Below, one piece after another: positions 19,158 to 29,733 of a DNA stretch of 64,000 nt. Positions within the stretch are counted from its first letter, which is position 1, and every line of letters begins with the position of its first letter. The stretch covers positions 640,001 through 704,000 of the forward strand of contig OZ242320.1 in the NCBI GenBank assembly GCA_965208125.1, in the 5' to 3' direction. The notes under the pieces are model-generated. The model did not search any database, was not told where the DNA came from, and saw only the letters and a program-made list of their open reading frames with translations. The translations under genes were made by a program, and so were the position numbers. The DNA is from Candidatus Latescibacterota bacterium. GTDB lineage: Bacteria; Latescibacterota; UBA2968.

Positions 19158-19970
19158 CTACTCTTCCTGCAAATTATCATACATAGACAGCGGCGACCCT
19201 GCGAACAGCCCTGCATCCACGGGCAAAACCACGCCCGAAATCCAGCGCGACTCATCGCTGCCCAAAAACACGGCTGCCCAGGCAATATCCCATGCATTTC
19301 CCTCTGTACCCAGCGGCGCAATTTTGCGGCGGCGCTCTCGCGACTCCTGGGGAATATTGCCGACAAAAGTCGTGTGAAGATGCCCGGGCGCAATACTATT
19401 CACGCGCACATTTTCGCGCCCGTGGTGAACCGCAGCCAGCCGCGTCAGCGTAATAATCCCCCCCTTGGTAATCCCGTAGGGAACATTGCGCGAATTGCCA
19501 GCGCGCATACCGTCAATAGACGAAATATTAATAACAGAACCGCCGCCGGAAGCCGCCATCTCGGGAATCGCGTACTTACACAAAAAAACCATACTCTTAA
19601 GCCCCACATCCATCACGCGATGCCAGTTCTCTTCTTCGACTTCTGTCACCCTCCCAGGCCCGTGAATACCCACATTATTAAACAGAATATCCAACTTCCC
19701 ATAGTGTTCAACTGCCGCATCCACAATCGCCTGACACTGATCCGTCCTGGAAACATCGGCCAAAACGACCTCTGCCTCTCCACCCTCTGCCCGAATCTCC
19801 GCCCGGGTCCTCTCCGCATTTTCCCCGTCAATATCCGCCAGAATGACTCTCGCACCTTCGCGGGCAAAAAGCACCGCAGTCGCACTCCCTACACCTCGTA
19901 ATTCCCGATCTTCAACCTCGCGCATACCCGCACCCGTAACAATAGCGACCTTATCTTTCAAACGATCCAT
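19158..19970 (-). CDS. SDR family oxidoreductase
   Basis: KVAIVTGAG, NNVG, YGITK, GTEGNAWDIA. Confidence 0.9.
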   Translation of the reverse strand: MDRLKDKVAIVTGAGMREVEDRELRGVGSATAVLFAREGARVILADIDGENAERTRAEIRAEGGEAEVVLADVSRTDQCQAIVDAAVEHYGKLDILFNNVGIHGPGRVTEVEEENWHRVMDVGLKSMVFLCKYAIPEMAASGGGSVINISSIDGMRAGNSRNVPYGITKGGIITLTRLAAVHHGRENVRVNSIAPGHLHTTFVGNIPQESRERRRKIAPLGTEGNAWDIAWAAVFLGSDESRWISGVVLPVDAGLFAGSPLSMYDNLQEE

Positions 19971-19981
19971 AAAAACGCCCC

Positions 19982-21427
19982 TCATCTCCTCAAATTTACC
20001 CACTGTTGGTATTTACCGTGATCAAAGCGATCGCGCAGTGGACCGATATGCGTCTCAATCAGATCCTGGCGAATCGACTCAAGCCCCACATCTTCCACCA
20101 GATTATTCATCTCATCCGGGTCAGCCTCCACATCATACAATTCAACAGACCTCTCCGAAACCGATTCCACCCCGAGCTTATAGCGCCCGTCAAAAACCAT
20201 CGTATGTCCCAAAACCTCGCTAATAACAGCGCCCTTCCCCCTCTGCGCCCTCTCTGCATCCGCACCCCCTTGAACCTGTGAAATAAGGGACTGCCCATCG
20301 GTCTGCAAAGGTTCGGCATTGGCAATATCAACAATAGACGCCGCCACATCAATCACATCGGTCAACGCCCTGGTTTGCCAAGCCCGCGTACCTCCCGGCG
20401 GACGCACAATCAGGGGAACGCGAACAGACGCATCGTAAAAAACGATCTTATTATACAACATATGATCGCCCAGCATCTCGCCGTGATCCGAATTGTAAAT
20501 CACCCATGTATTATCCGCCAGACCAGTCTCCTCAAGCGCATCGAGCATCTCGCCAATATAGTGATCAATAAGCGTAATCTTCGCAAAATAATTCACCATC
20601 ATGATTTGCTTTTGCTCAACCGTCATACCCGACAAATTCTTGCTCCTCTGCATACGTCGAACATTCAGCGGAACGGGATCGCCCGGCGCATCCATAATAC
20701 CCGCCGGCATATCCCCGGGATCGTACATATCCCGGTACTCCTGCGGAGAATCAAACGGATCGTGGGGACCGGGACAAAGAACCTGCAAATAAAAAGGCTT
20801 ATCGCCCTTGTAATCGCGAATCCAGTTCGCCGCAGTGCGCCCCGTATAACTATCTAAATGCGCCTCAGTAGGCAATGGACAGGGAGGTTCCTCCCAGGGC
20901 TTGAGCGTCCCTCTTTGCCAGGGAATGCGATAATCATTAATAAATTTTCGATGCGTCTCCAACAGCCCCATCTCATCGAGATAATCGGTATAAGGCGAAC
21001 TGTGTCTCCCCGAAGCAATCGGACCGTGAAGCTCGTGCGGATCGTCAAACCCCCACGCATTGAGCACATCGACGCGATCTCTGCTATGCGAAGCCGGCAC
21101 CCCGCCGTGAAGATAGAGATGTGACTTCCCAATCAGAGCCGTATGATAACCCGCATCGCGCACCTGACGCACATGGCTGGGACCTTCACAATCGGCATCC
21201 TGATCATTTGCCCACAGCCCGTGTTCGCGGGGATACAGACCGCTCATCATAGATGCGCGAGACGGCATACACAATGGACAATTGGTATAGCACTGCGTAT
21301 AAGTGACACTCTCAGACGCGAGGCGATCCAGATTCGGCGTCTTAACCGCCGGATGCCCAACGCACCCCATCGCATCGCCGCGATGCTGATCGGAAAAGAT
21401 ATAGAGAATATTGGGTTGATCAGCCAT
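19982..21427 (-). CDS. Sulfatase (Cys type)
   Basis: PNILYIFSDQHR, CMPSR, SDHGEMLGDH. Confidence 0.9.
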   Translation of the reverse strand: MADQPNILYIFSDQHRGDAMGCVGHPAVKTPNLDRLASESVTYTQCYTNCPLCMPSRASMMSGLYPREHGLWANDQDADCEGPSHVRQVRDAGYHTALIGKSHLYLHGGVPASHSRDRVDVLNAWGFDDPHELHGPIASGRHSSPYTDYLDEMGLLETHRKFINDYRIPWQRGTLKPWEEPPCPLPTEAHLDSYTGRTAANWIRDYKGDKPFYLQVLCPGPHDPFDSPQEYRDMYDPGDMPAGIMDAPGDPVPLNVRRMQRSKNLSGMTVEQKQIMMVNYFAKITLIDHYIGEMLDALEETGLADNTWVIYNSDHGEMLGDHMLYNKIVFYDASVRVPLIVRPPGGTRAWQTRALTDVIDVAASIVDIANAEPLQTDGQSLISQVQGGADAERAQRGKGAVISEVLGHTMVFDGRYKLGVESVSERSVELYDVEADPDEMNNLVEDVGLESIRQDLIETHIGPLRDRFDHGKYQQWVNLRR

Positions 21428-21436
21428 AAACTCTCC

Positions 21437-22474
21437 TTATCTCGGAATCGCGACCCTGCGCCCTCTCGACATCAGCGCCGCCTCATAAACCTTCATAACA
21501 GACAGTGCGAACTCCAGGGACCCGACCTCTGCCGTCCTATCTTCCAGAACACAATCGCAGAAATAGCGCATCTCATCGTAAAAGCCCTGCGTAAAAAGCG
21601 CCTTATTCTCAAGGGTCCCCAGCGTATCCTGGGGTTCCCATGAGATCGCACCAGAATCCAGACCCGTGGGAATATAACTTCTCGTACTTGAATAATTAAA
21701 AGGAATACCGCGTTCCAGAGTCACGCGAAGATCTTTATCAATCGCCACATGCTGCTGCCCCCAAAATGCATACCGCTCGCATCCGCGACGCGCGGAAACC
21801 AGATTAAAAGACCCCACGACACCACTCGCAAATTCGAGAATACACACACCAGTGCCGTGATCGCTCCTGTGCATAGTCACAGCCGAAACATCTCCCCCAA
21901 CAGCGAGCAGCAGCGAAAGCGGATGACAGCCATTCTTCAGCCAGTTGGGCGCTTCGCGCGCTCTGAGCACCTGCTCCCCATCCTCGGGAATGGTCATCGG
22001 ATACTCTGCGGAAAGTCCCCTGAGCGGACCGCAATCCTCTGTCCCCATCAACTCAATCACCTTCCGAGTCGCCGGCATAAATGCCTTCTTAAAACCCACA
22101 ACGACCACGCGATCCCCACGGTGGCGCATCATAGTTTCCACTTCAGAAGCCAGCGTAGCAGGCGGCTTCTCCATCCACACATGCAGCCCGGAATCCAGCG
22201 CCTCGCACGCCAGTTCTGGATGTGCTTCTGGAGACACACAGATAAACACGCAATCCAGATCTTCACCCGCGTACATATCCGCAGTGCTGGCATAGCAAGC
22301 ATCCACCCCGTATTCCTCTGCTGTCGCCTTCGCGAGATCCAGCCTCAAATCGCAAAAAGCCTTAAGCCTCACCGGAAGATAATGCATCGCAGGCAGGATA
22401 TTCCTGTAGCAATGTGACCCGATGCCAACAACGCCGACATTCAGCCGGCTTTCAAACTCTCTCTGATAACTCAT
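21437..22474 (-). CDS. Gfo/Idh/MocA oxidoreductase
   Basis: GVVGIG, HVWMEKP, NGCHP. Confidence 0.88.
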   Translation of the reverse strand: MSYQREFESRLNVGVVGIGSHCYRNILPAMHYLPVRLKAFCDLRLDLAKATAEEYGVDACYASTADMYAGEDLDCVFICVSPEAHPELACEALDSGLHVWMEKPPATLASEVETMMRHRGDRVVVVGFKKAFMPATRKVIELMGTEDCGPLRGLSAEYPMTIPEDGEQVLRAREAPNWLKNGCHPLSLLLAVGGDVSAVTMHRSDHGTGVCILEFASGVVGSFNLVSARRGCERYAFWGQQHVAIDKDLRVTLERGIPFNYSSTRSYIPTGLDSGAISWEPQDTLGTLENKALFTQGFYDEMRYFCDCVLEDRTAEVGSLEFALSVMKVYEAALMSRGRRVAIPR

Positions 22475-22479
22475 AGCTG

Positions 22480-22884
22480 CTATCTGGCAAAACTGGAGCG
22501 CAATTTAATACCCCATCTGCCATCCTCATACGTAAGAACATAAAGAGAATCGTGAGCCGCAATCACCGAACCGTCTTCGCGGTAGCGGGTAAATTGCGTA
22601 TCGACGTGAATTTTCTCGTCCGAGCAATGGACAATCTCGCGCCGGGTCCACACACTGTAGTGCCAACCGATATTGCCCAACCCAGTCCTCACACGCGCGA
22701 TAAATGCATCGTCCATATCCGCATCTTCCCATCGGTGCATAATTCCCGAAGCCAGGCGAAAGTGTGGAAAATGCATCGTCGCTTTCCACGCCTGGAGATC
22801 CAGCGCATTAAAACCGGCCATCCACGCATCCAGCACGGGAATCGCCCGTTCTCTCGCCAGTGCAACTGCTTCTTCTGATGGCAT
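22480..22884 (-). CDS. NTF2/SnoaL-like protein
   Basis: [36 protein letters not shown]. Confidence 0.7.
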   Translation of the reverse strand: MPSEEAVALARERAIPVLDAWMAGFNALDLQAWKATMHFPHFRLASGIMHRWEDADMDDAFIARVRTGLGNIGWHYSVWTRREIVHCSDEKIHVDTQFTRYREDGSVIAAHDSLYVLTYEDGRWGIKLRSSFAR

Positions 22885-22895
22885 AAGCCCTCCTC

Positions 22896-25340
22896 CTAAC
22901 CATGCGGCAAATAATATTCATGTAGCTGCTCCTTCGCCACGCCCTTTGCGATCAGACCGTCAACAAAGTCGTCATCATACCCCAATTCCCCGAGAATCTC
23001 CCTCGTATGCGCACCCTGTTTGGGACACGCGTAGAGCAATTGAACAGGCGCATTCTTCAAACGCACATAAGCGGGTGGCGCGAGATCGACAGCACTGCCA
23101 ACCGGGTGATCCGTAAAGCGAACAATAGAAATGGAGCGCCCATCGTCCCATGTGTCCAACAGATCGTCACACACCTCGTGCAAAAACATCTCGCGAATAT
23201 CCTCAAGCGAATCAATGCGGTGCCCGGCCAGCCCCACCTCGTTAAAAACCTTAACCCAATAGGCCACATCGCGTTTTTTGATCTCACCCTCTAAAAATTC
23301 ACCAGCATCTTCATCGGGTGTATTCTCCAACCCCGCAATACATCTCAACTTACCCATCTCATGCTCCAATCCACCCAGGAAAACCCAGCCATCCCGCGCG
23401 CGATACATGCGGTGAAGCGCGTGTTCACCAACAGCATCCTGTCCCGCTGGCTCATCGCCCGAGCACCCGGCTTCGCAAGCATACATAAAAGGCGCCTGAA
23501 CGAGTTGCCCCCCCTGCGCGAGCGAAGTCGTCACAAAATCACCACCATCGGGAACACCACTGCGCCTGCGCTTGAGCAACGCCAGCACCGCGCCATAAGT
23601 TGCCGAATATCCCGTAATATAATCGATACACGACGCCCAACCGTGCAACACCGGTCTATTCCCCTCACCGCCATAGCGCATTTGTATGCCAGTCGATCCC
23701 TGAAGCAGGGGATCAAAACCCGGTCGATTCATCCACGGACCTGGACGCGGACCATTAAACGCCGTCAAATTGAGATACACAATATCGGGTTTGCACCTCT
23801 TAACAGCATCGTAATCAATACCCAAACTTTGCGCAACCCCGGGCCGGAAATTGTGAACAATAATATCGGCTGTTTCAACCAGCTTCATAAAAGCCGCCCT
23901 GCCAGCTTCGTCTTTCAAATTCAAAATCACACTGCGCTTGCCGGGACTGACCTCCAGAGGAAACCAACTGGAAATACGCGGACCAAAATAAGGCTCCGGC
24001 GGATCGATCTTAATAACCTCCGCGCCGTATTCCGCCAGCGTGCGCGCACTGGCTGGCCCGGCGAGCACATTGGATAAATCCAGAACGCGGATACCCTCCA
24101 GAATGGGTTTCCCGAGCGATGCCGCAATATCCCCATTCGGTTTGGGTTCAACATCTCCCACAAACGGTCCTGACGGCCTGGGAATCGCGCATTCATCCGG
24201 CGTCTTGGCAAGCCACGTCTGCACGCCGAGTTGCCGCATCGGACCGTACTCGGGATCGTCAACCACAACCGTCAAAGCCGCTTCCTCAGTCTCGGATTTG
24301 TGCAACCACGCCTGTGCCGTGCGCTGAATCGTACACGGCACGCCAGCAGCGGTCAAAACATCGACCCAGTGTTGTGCGGGTTCACTCGCCAGCACACTTT
24401 CAATTTTTTCGCGCGCTTTGAGATTCCATTCTCTGGACAAATGGGATGAATCGGGAATATTATTCGTCAGATGGAGATTCTCATACACGGGCACATCGAC
24501 CATCCCCTCCGCGATCAAATCATCGTACACCTCCAGCGCTTTAACCAGTGACCGACTATTTCGAGAATGCCCAGCCGCAATAATATAAAGCCATTGCCCA
24601 TCTCCCGCGCGAAACGTACCACTAAAAGGCGACCCCGCACTACTGCGTTGTTTCTGACGACCAGCATTAGACGGCGTGCCATATCGCGCGGGCTTATCCG
24701 CCACATCCAGCATAATAACCGCCATAGCAGACATCGCCGCACCAACCAGCGAAACCTCAATCACATCGCCGCGCCCGCTCTCTTCGCGCGCATAAAGCGC
24801 AAGCGTAACAGCGATAGCACCGTGAATCGCCCCATAAGTCGAACCCAATGGCATCGGCGTATAAACAGGCGGCAGATCCGGTCTTCTACTTTGAAGATCT
24901 GTATATTGACCTATAGCCGCGCTGATAATACCTTCAAATGCGCGAATGGACGCTCTTTCATCCGTCGAGGCAAAACCCGGCAAAGAGAGATAAACCAACC
25001 CTGGATTCAGCGCAGTCATCTCTTCTGCCCCCAAACCCAATCGCTGCATAACGCCCGGGCGAAAATTTTCAATAACCACATCCGCCGAACGGATTAACTT
25101 CACCGCAGTCGCGAGATCATCCGCATTTTTCAAATCGAGGGTAATGCGCTGTTTGCCCCGATTAAAAACGCCATTTGCCGGCGTATCGTAATCCGGTTTG
25201 CCCGGCCGATCCACCTTAATCACCTCGGCACCTTGATCTGCGAGTAACATCCCCGTCAAAGGCCCGGCAATATAATGACCGAAATCAACGACGCGGATCC
25301 CGGTCAATGGCGCTTGTCTATCGCGTTCTGGATTCATCAA
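22896..25340 (-). CDS. Tandem (double-domain) family III CoA-transferase, CaiB/BaiF
   Basis: Two modules: GIRVVDFGHYIAGP...ENFRPG and GIRVLDLSNVLAGP...HNFRPG. Confidence 0.9.
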   Translation of the reverse strand: MMNPERDRQAPLTGIRVVDFGHYIAGPLTGMLLADQGAEVIKVDRPGKPDYDTPANGVFNRGKQRITLDLKNADDLATAVKLIRSADVVIENFRPGVMQRLGLGAEEMTALNPGLVYLSLPGFASTDERASIRAFEGIISAAIGQYTDLQSRRPDLPPVYTPMPLGSTYGAIHGAIAVTLALYAREESGRGDVIEVSLVGAAMSAMAVIMLDVADKPARYGTPSNAGRQKQRSSAGSPFSGTFRAGDGQWLYIIAAGHSRNSRSLVKALEVYDDLIAEGMVDVPVYENLHLTNNIPDSSHLSREWNLKAREKIESVLASEPAQHWVDVLTAAGVPCTIQRTAQAWLHKSETEEAALTVVVDDPEYGPMRQLGVQTWLAKTPDECAIPRPSGPFVGDVEPKPNGDIAASLGKPILEGIRVLDLSNVLAGPASARTLAEYGAEVIKIDPPEPYFGPRISSWFPLEVSPGKRSVILNLKDEAGRAAFMKLVETADIIVHNFRPGVAQSLGIDYDAVKRCKPDIVYLNLTAFNGPRPGPWMNRPGFDPLLQGSTGIQMRYGGEGNRPVLHGWASCIDYITGYSATYGAVLALLKRRRSGVPDGGDFVTTSLAQGGQLVQAPFMYACEAGCSGDEPAGQDAVGEHALHRMYRARDGWVFLGGLEHEMGKLRCIAGLENTPDEDAGEFLEGEIKKRDVAYWVKVFNEVGLAGHRIDSLEDIREMFLHEVCDDLLDTWDDGRSISIVRFTDHPVGSAVDLAPPAYVRLKNAPVQLLYACPKQGAHTREILGELGYDDDFVDGLIAKGVAKEQLHEYYLPHG

Positions 25341-25427
25341 CTATCTCCTTTTGAAATTCTATTATGATCTACCATAATAATACTTTTATATTGCGGTAGT
25401 TAGCCAAAAGAGTCGTGGAGGAACAAA

Positions 25428-26606
25428 ATGTCCAAAAACAAATCACTCGAACAACGAGTCGCTGAAATTTTAGAGGCCTACGACCAGCAGGGCATCCACC
25501 GAACAGGAACAACAGGAGATACGAAAAACGCACACTATTTGGCCGAACGAATAAAAGCAACCGGCCAAAAACCTCTATTGACAAAATTTCGGCATTTGCG
25601 CGTTGACCCAATACAGTCTGAGCTTCAAATCGGCAATCACACAATTCAAGGCATACCTTTTTTTGACGGCACATTTACAGACAAAAATGGCGTAAGAGGG
25701 CGGATGGGTAGTCCAGAAAACAACGCACCCATAGCAGTGGGACACCACCTGACCAATCGGGGATGGGACAAACCCCAACTTGCCCATGCGCGGAGGCGGG
25801 ACAAAATCAAAGCCATGGTCGCGATATGCAAACGAACCCACCCCGATGACGTCCGCGGATTGACACCAACCAATGCAGAGAATTTTACAGCACCTTTTGG
25901 ACCGCCCGTATTACAGGTGCCCGACAGTGCCGAAGAGCGCATCGCAGAAGCCATATCTGCTAAAAAAGAAGCGCGCGTAATTACCCAGGTAGCGCGCACA
26001 GAAGTCCAGGCACTGAATGTTGAAACGCGAATACAGGGCAAAAATTCATCCCTGCCTCCGCTCGCAGTCATCACGCCGCGAAGCGGCTGGTGGCAATGTG
26101 TATCGGAACGCGGAGGCGGAATAGCCTGTTGGCTCGAAATGATTCGCGCCCTCTCTGAAAATCAGCCGCAACGAGACGTGTGGTTCGTTGCAAGCACGGG
26201 ACACGAATTGGGACACCTGGGATTGGATTTCTTCCTCTCGCACCACCGTCCATTGATCAAAGCGGCGCACGTCTGGATTCATCTGGGCGCGAATTTTGCG
26301 GCAACAAATTGTCCCATAAGACTTCAAGCATCGCGCGAGGAATTGGCGCAATTGGCCCATCGTGCCATTGCGGAGACCTGCGTTTCTGCAATAGACTTTA
26401 CACCTGTTGGCACGCGCCCTGGCGGTGAAGCGCGAAATATCTACGACAGAGGCGGGCAATATATTTCCATCACAGGTCGCAATCGCCTCTTCCATCATCC
26501 CGCTGACCGCTGGCCCAGTGCAATTGATCTGCAAAAAATTGTAAGCATCACCCATGCCTTGACCGAACTGACAGTACAACTGGCCAACTCAGATGATCTT
26601 ATGTAG
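25428..26606 (+). CDS. M28-like metallopeptidase-fold protein
   Basis: HRTGT.GD, TPRSGWW, ERGGG, STGHELGHLG, FHHPAD. Confidence 0.6.
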   Translation: MSKNKSLEQRVAEILEAYDQQGIHRTGTTGDTKNAHYLAERIKATGQKPLLTKFRHLRVDPIQSELQIGNHTIQGIPFFDGTFTDKNGVRGRMGSPENNAPIAVGHHLTNRGWDKPQLAHARRRDKIKAMVAICKRTHPDDVRGLTPTNAENFTAPFGPPVLQVPDSAEERIAEAISAKKEARVITQVARTEVQALNVETRIQGKNSSLPPLAVITPRSGWWQCVSERGGGIACWLEMIRALSENQPQRDVWFVASTGHELGHLGLDFFLSHHRPLIKAAHVWIHLGANFAATNCPIRLQASREELAQLAHRAIAETCVSAIDFTPVGTRPGGEARNIYDRGGQYISITGRNRLFHHPADRWPSAIDLQKIVSITHALTELTVQLANSDDLM

Positions 26607-28542
26607 CGACGCGTTTTTGCACCAACATCAGAACAAGTAAAATAGCTCCGCCAATCGCGTGACCGACCAGATTCCAATTCTCGGCATTGTCGAAAACCTG
26701 CACGATCTTCAAAAAAGAAACGATTTCCTGAAAAGGCCAAAGCAACAGCACCGCTGCCACCAGGAACAAGACGCGGTATAATACACTCAGCGACACCATG
26801 TGAAATCCCTCAGAAGCCGCAGCAAAACACAGCAGACCGAGAAGAGCGGCAATCGCAGTCTCAATAACGCGCCAGGTCTCTCCTTCAAAAAGAATGGGCG
26901 TATAGCAAAAAAGCAGGGGAATAAAATAAATACCCTTGGCAATGCGCCACGACTGAAAACCCGTACGAAGCGGATTTGCCCCCGCAATACCCGCAGCGGA
27001 ATACGCAGCCAGACAAACCGGCGGCGTGACATTGGCATCCTGTGAATACCAGAAAATCAGCAAATGCGCCGCAATCAGACTCACCCCCAGACTGGTCAGC
27101 GCAGGCGCAGCCAGCACTGCCAGCACGATATAAGAAGCCGTCACCGGCAAGCCCATGCCCAGAATCAGAGACGCAACGGCAATAAGCACAACAGTAATAA
27201 GCACACTGCTTCCGGCAATCGTCGAAATGAGCAAAGAAAATTTGATCCCAACGCCAACCATCAGCACCACACCCACAATAATACCAGCGCACAGCAGAAT
27301 AATACCAGTGGTAACCATATTGTGAGCACCCAGCGCAAGTGCATCGACAATATCGCGGATATTCATGCGCGTATTCTTATTCAACCAACTCGCAACAACA
27401 ATACTCGCGGTTCCCGTTGCCGCGGCAAACGTGGGTGTAAAACCGTAGATCAGCGTGCCCACGAGCACCCCAATGGGAATCGCAAAATGCCAGCCTTCTC
27501 GGATCGTATCGCGGATATTTGGGAGTTCCGAAGCAGGCAAGGGCGCAATCCCTCTTTTTCGCGCGCGAAAATGAATAAAAAATGTAACACTCAAAAAATA
27601 GATCAGCGCGGGAATAAAAGACACAGCGACAATAGTCAGATAGGGGATTTGCGTCCACTGACTCATAATAAACGCGCCCGCACCCATAATCGGTGGCATG
27701 AGTTGGCCTCCCGTGGATGCCGCCGCCTCAACTGCGCCTGAAAAAGTAGGCGAAAAACCCGTGCGCTTCATCATCGGAATCGTAAGCGAACCCGACCCCA
27801 CCGTATTCGCCACAGCACTCCCCGAAATTGAGCCGAGCATACCACTGGCAAAAACCGCCATCTTTGCCGGTCCGCCCACTGTGCGTCCCAGCAGCGCGAG
27901 CGCCAGACGAATCATAAAATCGCCCGCACCCGAACGCAGGAGAAACGCGCCAAAAAGCACAAAAAGCGCGACAAAAGTAGATGAAATAGTCGCAATCGTT
28001 CCAAAAATACCATCGGGCGCGAAGTACATGCGGTATAGCAAACGCGGAAATGACACACCGGGAAACGCCCATATACCCGAAAGATATTGCCCCCAAAAAA
28101 GCGCGTAAGTGAGAAATACAAGCGCGAGCAGCGGAATAAAAAAACCCGTCGTGCGGCGGGTAATCTCGAGCAAAAGGAGAATCGCGATACCCGCAAAAAT
28201 GAGATCAGCCGTATTCGGCACCTCATTGCGGGCGTGCAGCGCATCCTCAAAAAACACGAGATAAAGAGCGACAACGAGAGAGAGAATGGCGAAAAAATAA
28301 TCGAGAATCAGCGTGCGCGAGGCATAGCGCGTAGAGACGGGATAAAGCAGATATCCCAAAAAAAGAATGAAGGCATAATGAGCGGCATTGCGCTGCAATT
28401 CGGGCAAAACGCCCAGCGTATTGCTCCACAGATGAAACAGAGACAGGCAGACCCCCACAACAACGACGAGCACCTGATGCCTGCCAGTAAGCACGCGATG
28501 AGGCGTACTCACTTCGCCGCCCTGTTCAAATTCGGAATTCAA
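26599..28542 (-). CDS. TRAP transporter 4TM/12TM fused permease (TAXI type)
   Basis: GGPAKMAV, GSAVAN, EAAASTGGQLMPPIMGAGAF, TPPVCLAAY. Confidence 0.93.
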   Translation of the reverse strand: MNSEFEQGGEVSTPHRVLTGRHQVLVVVVGVCLSLFHLWSNTLGVLPELQRNAAHYAFILFLGYLLYPVSTRYASRTLILDYFFAILSLVVALYLVFFEDALHARNEVPNTADLIFAGIAILLLLEITRRTTGFFIPLLALVFLTYALFWGQYLSGIWAFPGVSFPRLLYRMYFAPDGIFGTIATISSTFVALFVLFGAFLLRSGAGDFMIRLALALLGRTVGGPAKMAVFASGMLGSISGSAVANTVGSGSLTIPMMKRTGFSPTFSGAVEAAASTGGQLMPPIMGAGAFIMSQWTQIPYLTIVAVSFIPALIYFLSVTFFIHFRARKRGIAPLPASELPNIRDTIREGWHFAIPIGVLVGTLIYGFTPTFAAATGTASIVVASWLNKNTRMNIRDIVDALALGAHNMVTTGIILLCAGIIVGVVLMVGVGIKFSLLISTIAGSSVLITVVLIAVASLILGMGLPVTASYIVLAVLAAPALTSLGVSLIAAHLLIFWYSQDANVTPPVCLAAYSAAGIAGANPLRTGFQSWRIAKGIYFIPLLFCYTPILFEGETWRVIETAIAALLGLLCFAAASEGFHMVSLSVLYRVLFLVAAVLLLWPFQEIVSFLKIVQVFDNAENWNLVGHAIGGAILLVLMLVQKRVAT

Positions 28543-28544
28543 AC

Positions 28545-29606
28545 CTATTCCCCTATCAAAGACGGCGAAATATCGATACCCTTCTCGCGATAATAGCGCG
28601 CGGCACCCGGATGCAGGGGAACAACCAGGCCCATCGTCGCTTTCTCGAGAGACATTGCGAGCGTGGCCTTGTGGATATTTTGAATCTCCTCTAAATTCTC
28701 ATAAATAGTTTTTGTGATCTCATACACCACATCCTCGGGCAAATCTGCTCTACACGCCAAAAAATTGGGTTGTGCAATCGTCTCAATCGCTTCGGACTGC
28801 CCGGGATACGTATTGGCCGGAATAATATAACGCGTCCACATGGGAAACGCATTTTGGATCGCCGCGAGATGATCATCGCTAAAAGCAAGCACAGAAACCC
28901 CGTCCGCACCGATCTGGGCAAAAGCCTGCGTCACAGCAGCCACGGGCGGACCAGCCGAAAGCGTCGCCCCTGCGATACGGCCGTCAATCATAGCCTGAGC
29001 AGACGGACTATAGCCCAAATACTCAGACGTAAAATCCTCATCCGGAGAAATATTAAGCGCTGCGAGAATAGTTCGAGTCGCGCCTTCTGTACCACTGCCG
29101 CGTTTGCCAATAACGTATTTGCGGCCGAGTTTTCTCAAGTCCTCAACAGTACCTGTTTTGGCATCAGACGCCCGAAGTAGAAAATGCTCGACATTCTCCC
29201 ATAGCAGGGTAATAGATCGGAGTTCTCCAACCGCTTGCCCCTGATAAGTCCCTTCTCCGCGATAAGCCATCGCACCGTACAAACCCAGCAAAATCGCCAG
29301 ATGTGCCTCTCGATTGACCAGCATCTGAATATTCTCGGCCGACCCTGCAGAATTGATAGCTGCTACCACAATTTTGGGCTGTAGCTTCTGTGTAATCGTC
29401 GTACTCAGCGCTACACCCACCGGATAATACGTGCCTCCGGGCGTGGCTGTTGCAATAATCAAACTTTGCGTCTGCATACCCTCCTGCGGTGTCCCACAAG
29501 ACATAAAGAAGAAAAAGGTGAGAAGCAACCACAGATGAACACGGATAAACACAGATGAAAGGGAAGGATGCAAAAAGGAAGATATACGCGACATAAAAAA
29601 CCTCAT
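28545..29606 (-). CDS. TAXI family TRAP solute-binding lipoprotein
   Basis: ATATPGGTYYPVG, SAGSAENI, PLHPGAARYY; lipobox-like FMSC. Confidence 0.92.
   Translation of the reverse strand: MRFFMSRISSFLHPSLSSVFIRVHLWLLLTFFFFMSCGTPQEGMQTQSLIIATATPGGTYYPVGVALSTTITQKLQPKIVVAAINSAGSAENIQMLVNREAHLAILLGLYGAMAYRGEGTYQGQAVGELRSITLLWENVEHFLLRASDAKTGTVEDLRKLGRKYVIGKRGSGTEGATRTILAALNISPDEDFTSEYLGYSPSAQAMIDGRIAGATLSAGPPVAAVTQAFAQIGADGVSVLAFSDDHLAAIQNAFPMWTRYIIPANTYPGQSEAIETIAQPNFLACRADLPEDVVYEITKTIYENLEEIQNIHKATLAMSLEKATMGLVVPLHPGAARYYREKGIDISPSLIGE
29529..29559. repeat. Three 10-mer tandem repeats inside the TAXI signal peptide
   Basis: ccacagatga acacggataa acacagatga; related unit in opposite orientation at 2000-2018. 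Confidence 0.6.
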
Positions 29607-29638
29607 ATCAAAAAAGTGAACAGATATTTATTAGCCTA

Positions 29639-29714
29639 ATTATACCTGCCCACCTATATGCGTCAAGAGAAAACACCTTTGCGCCTTGACAACCCCTGTT
29701 GCGATTTCTATACT
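29639..29714. promoter_or_regulatory. Back-to-back sigma70-like promoters
   Basis: Plus strand TTGACA(29686)-17-TATACT(29709); minus strand TTGACG(29666)-16-TATAAT(29644). Confidence 0.65.
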
Positions 29715-29733
29715 TCCCCTGAGGAGTAGTTCT

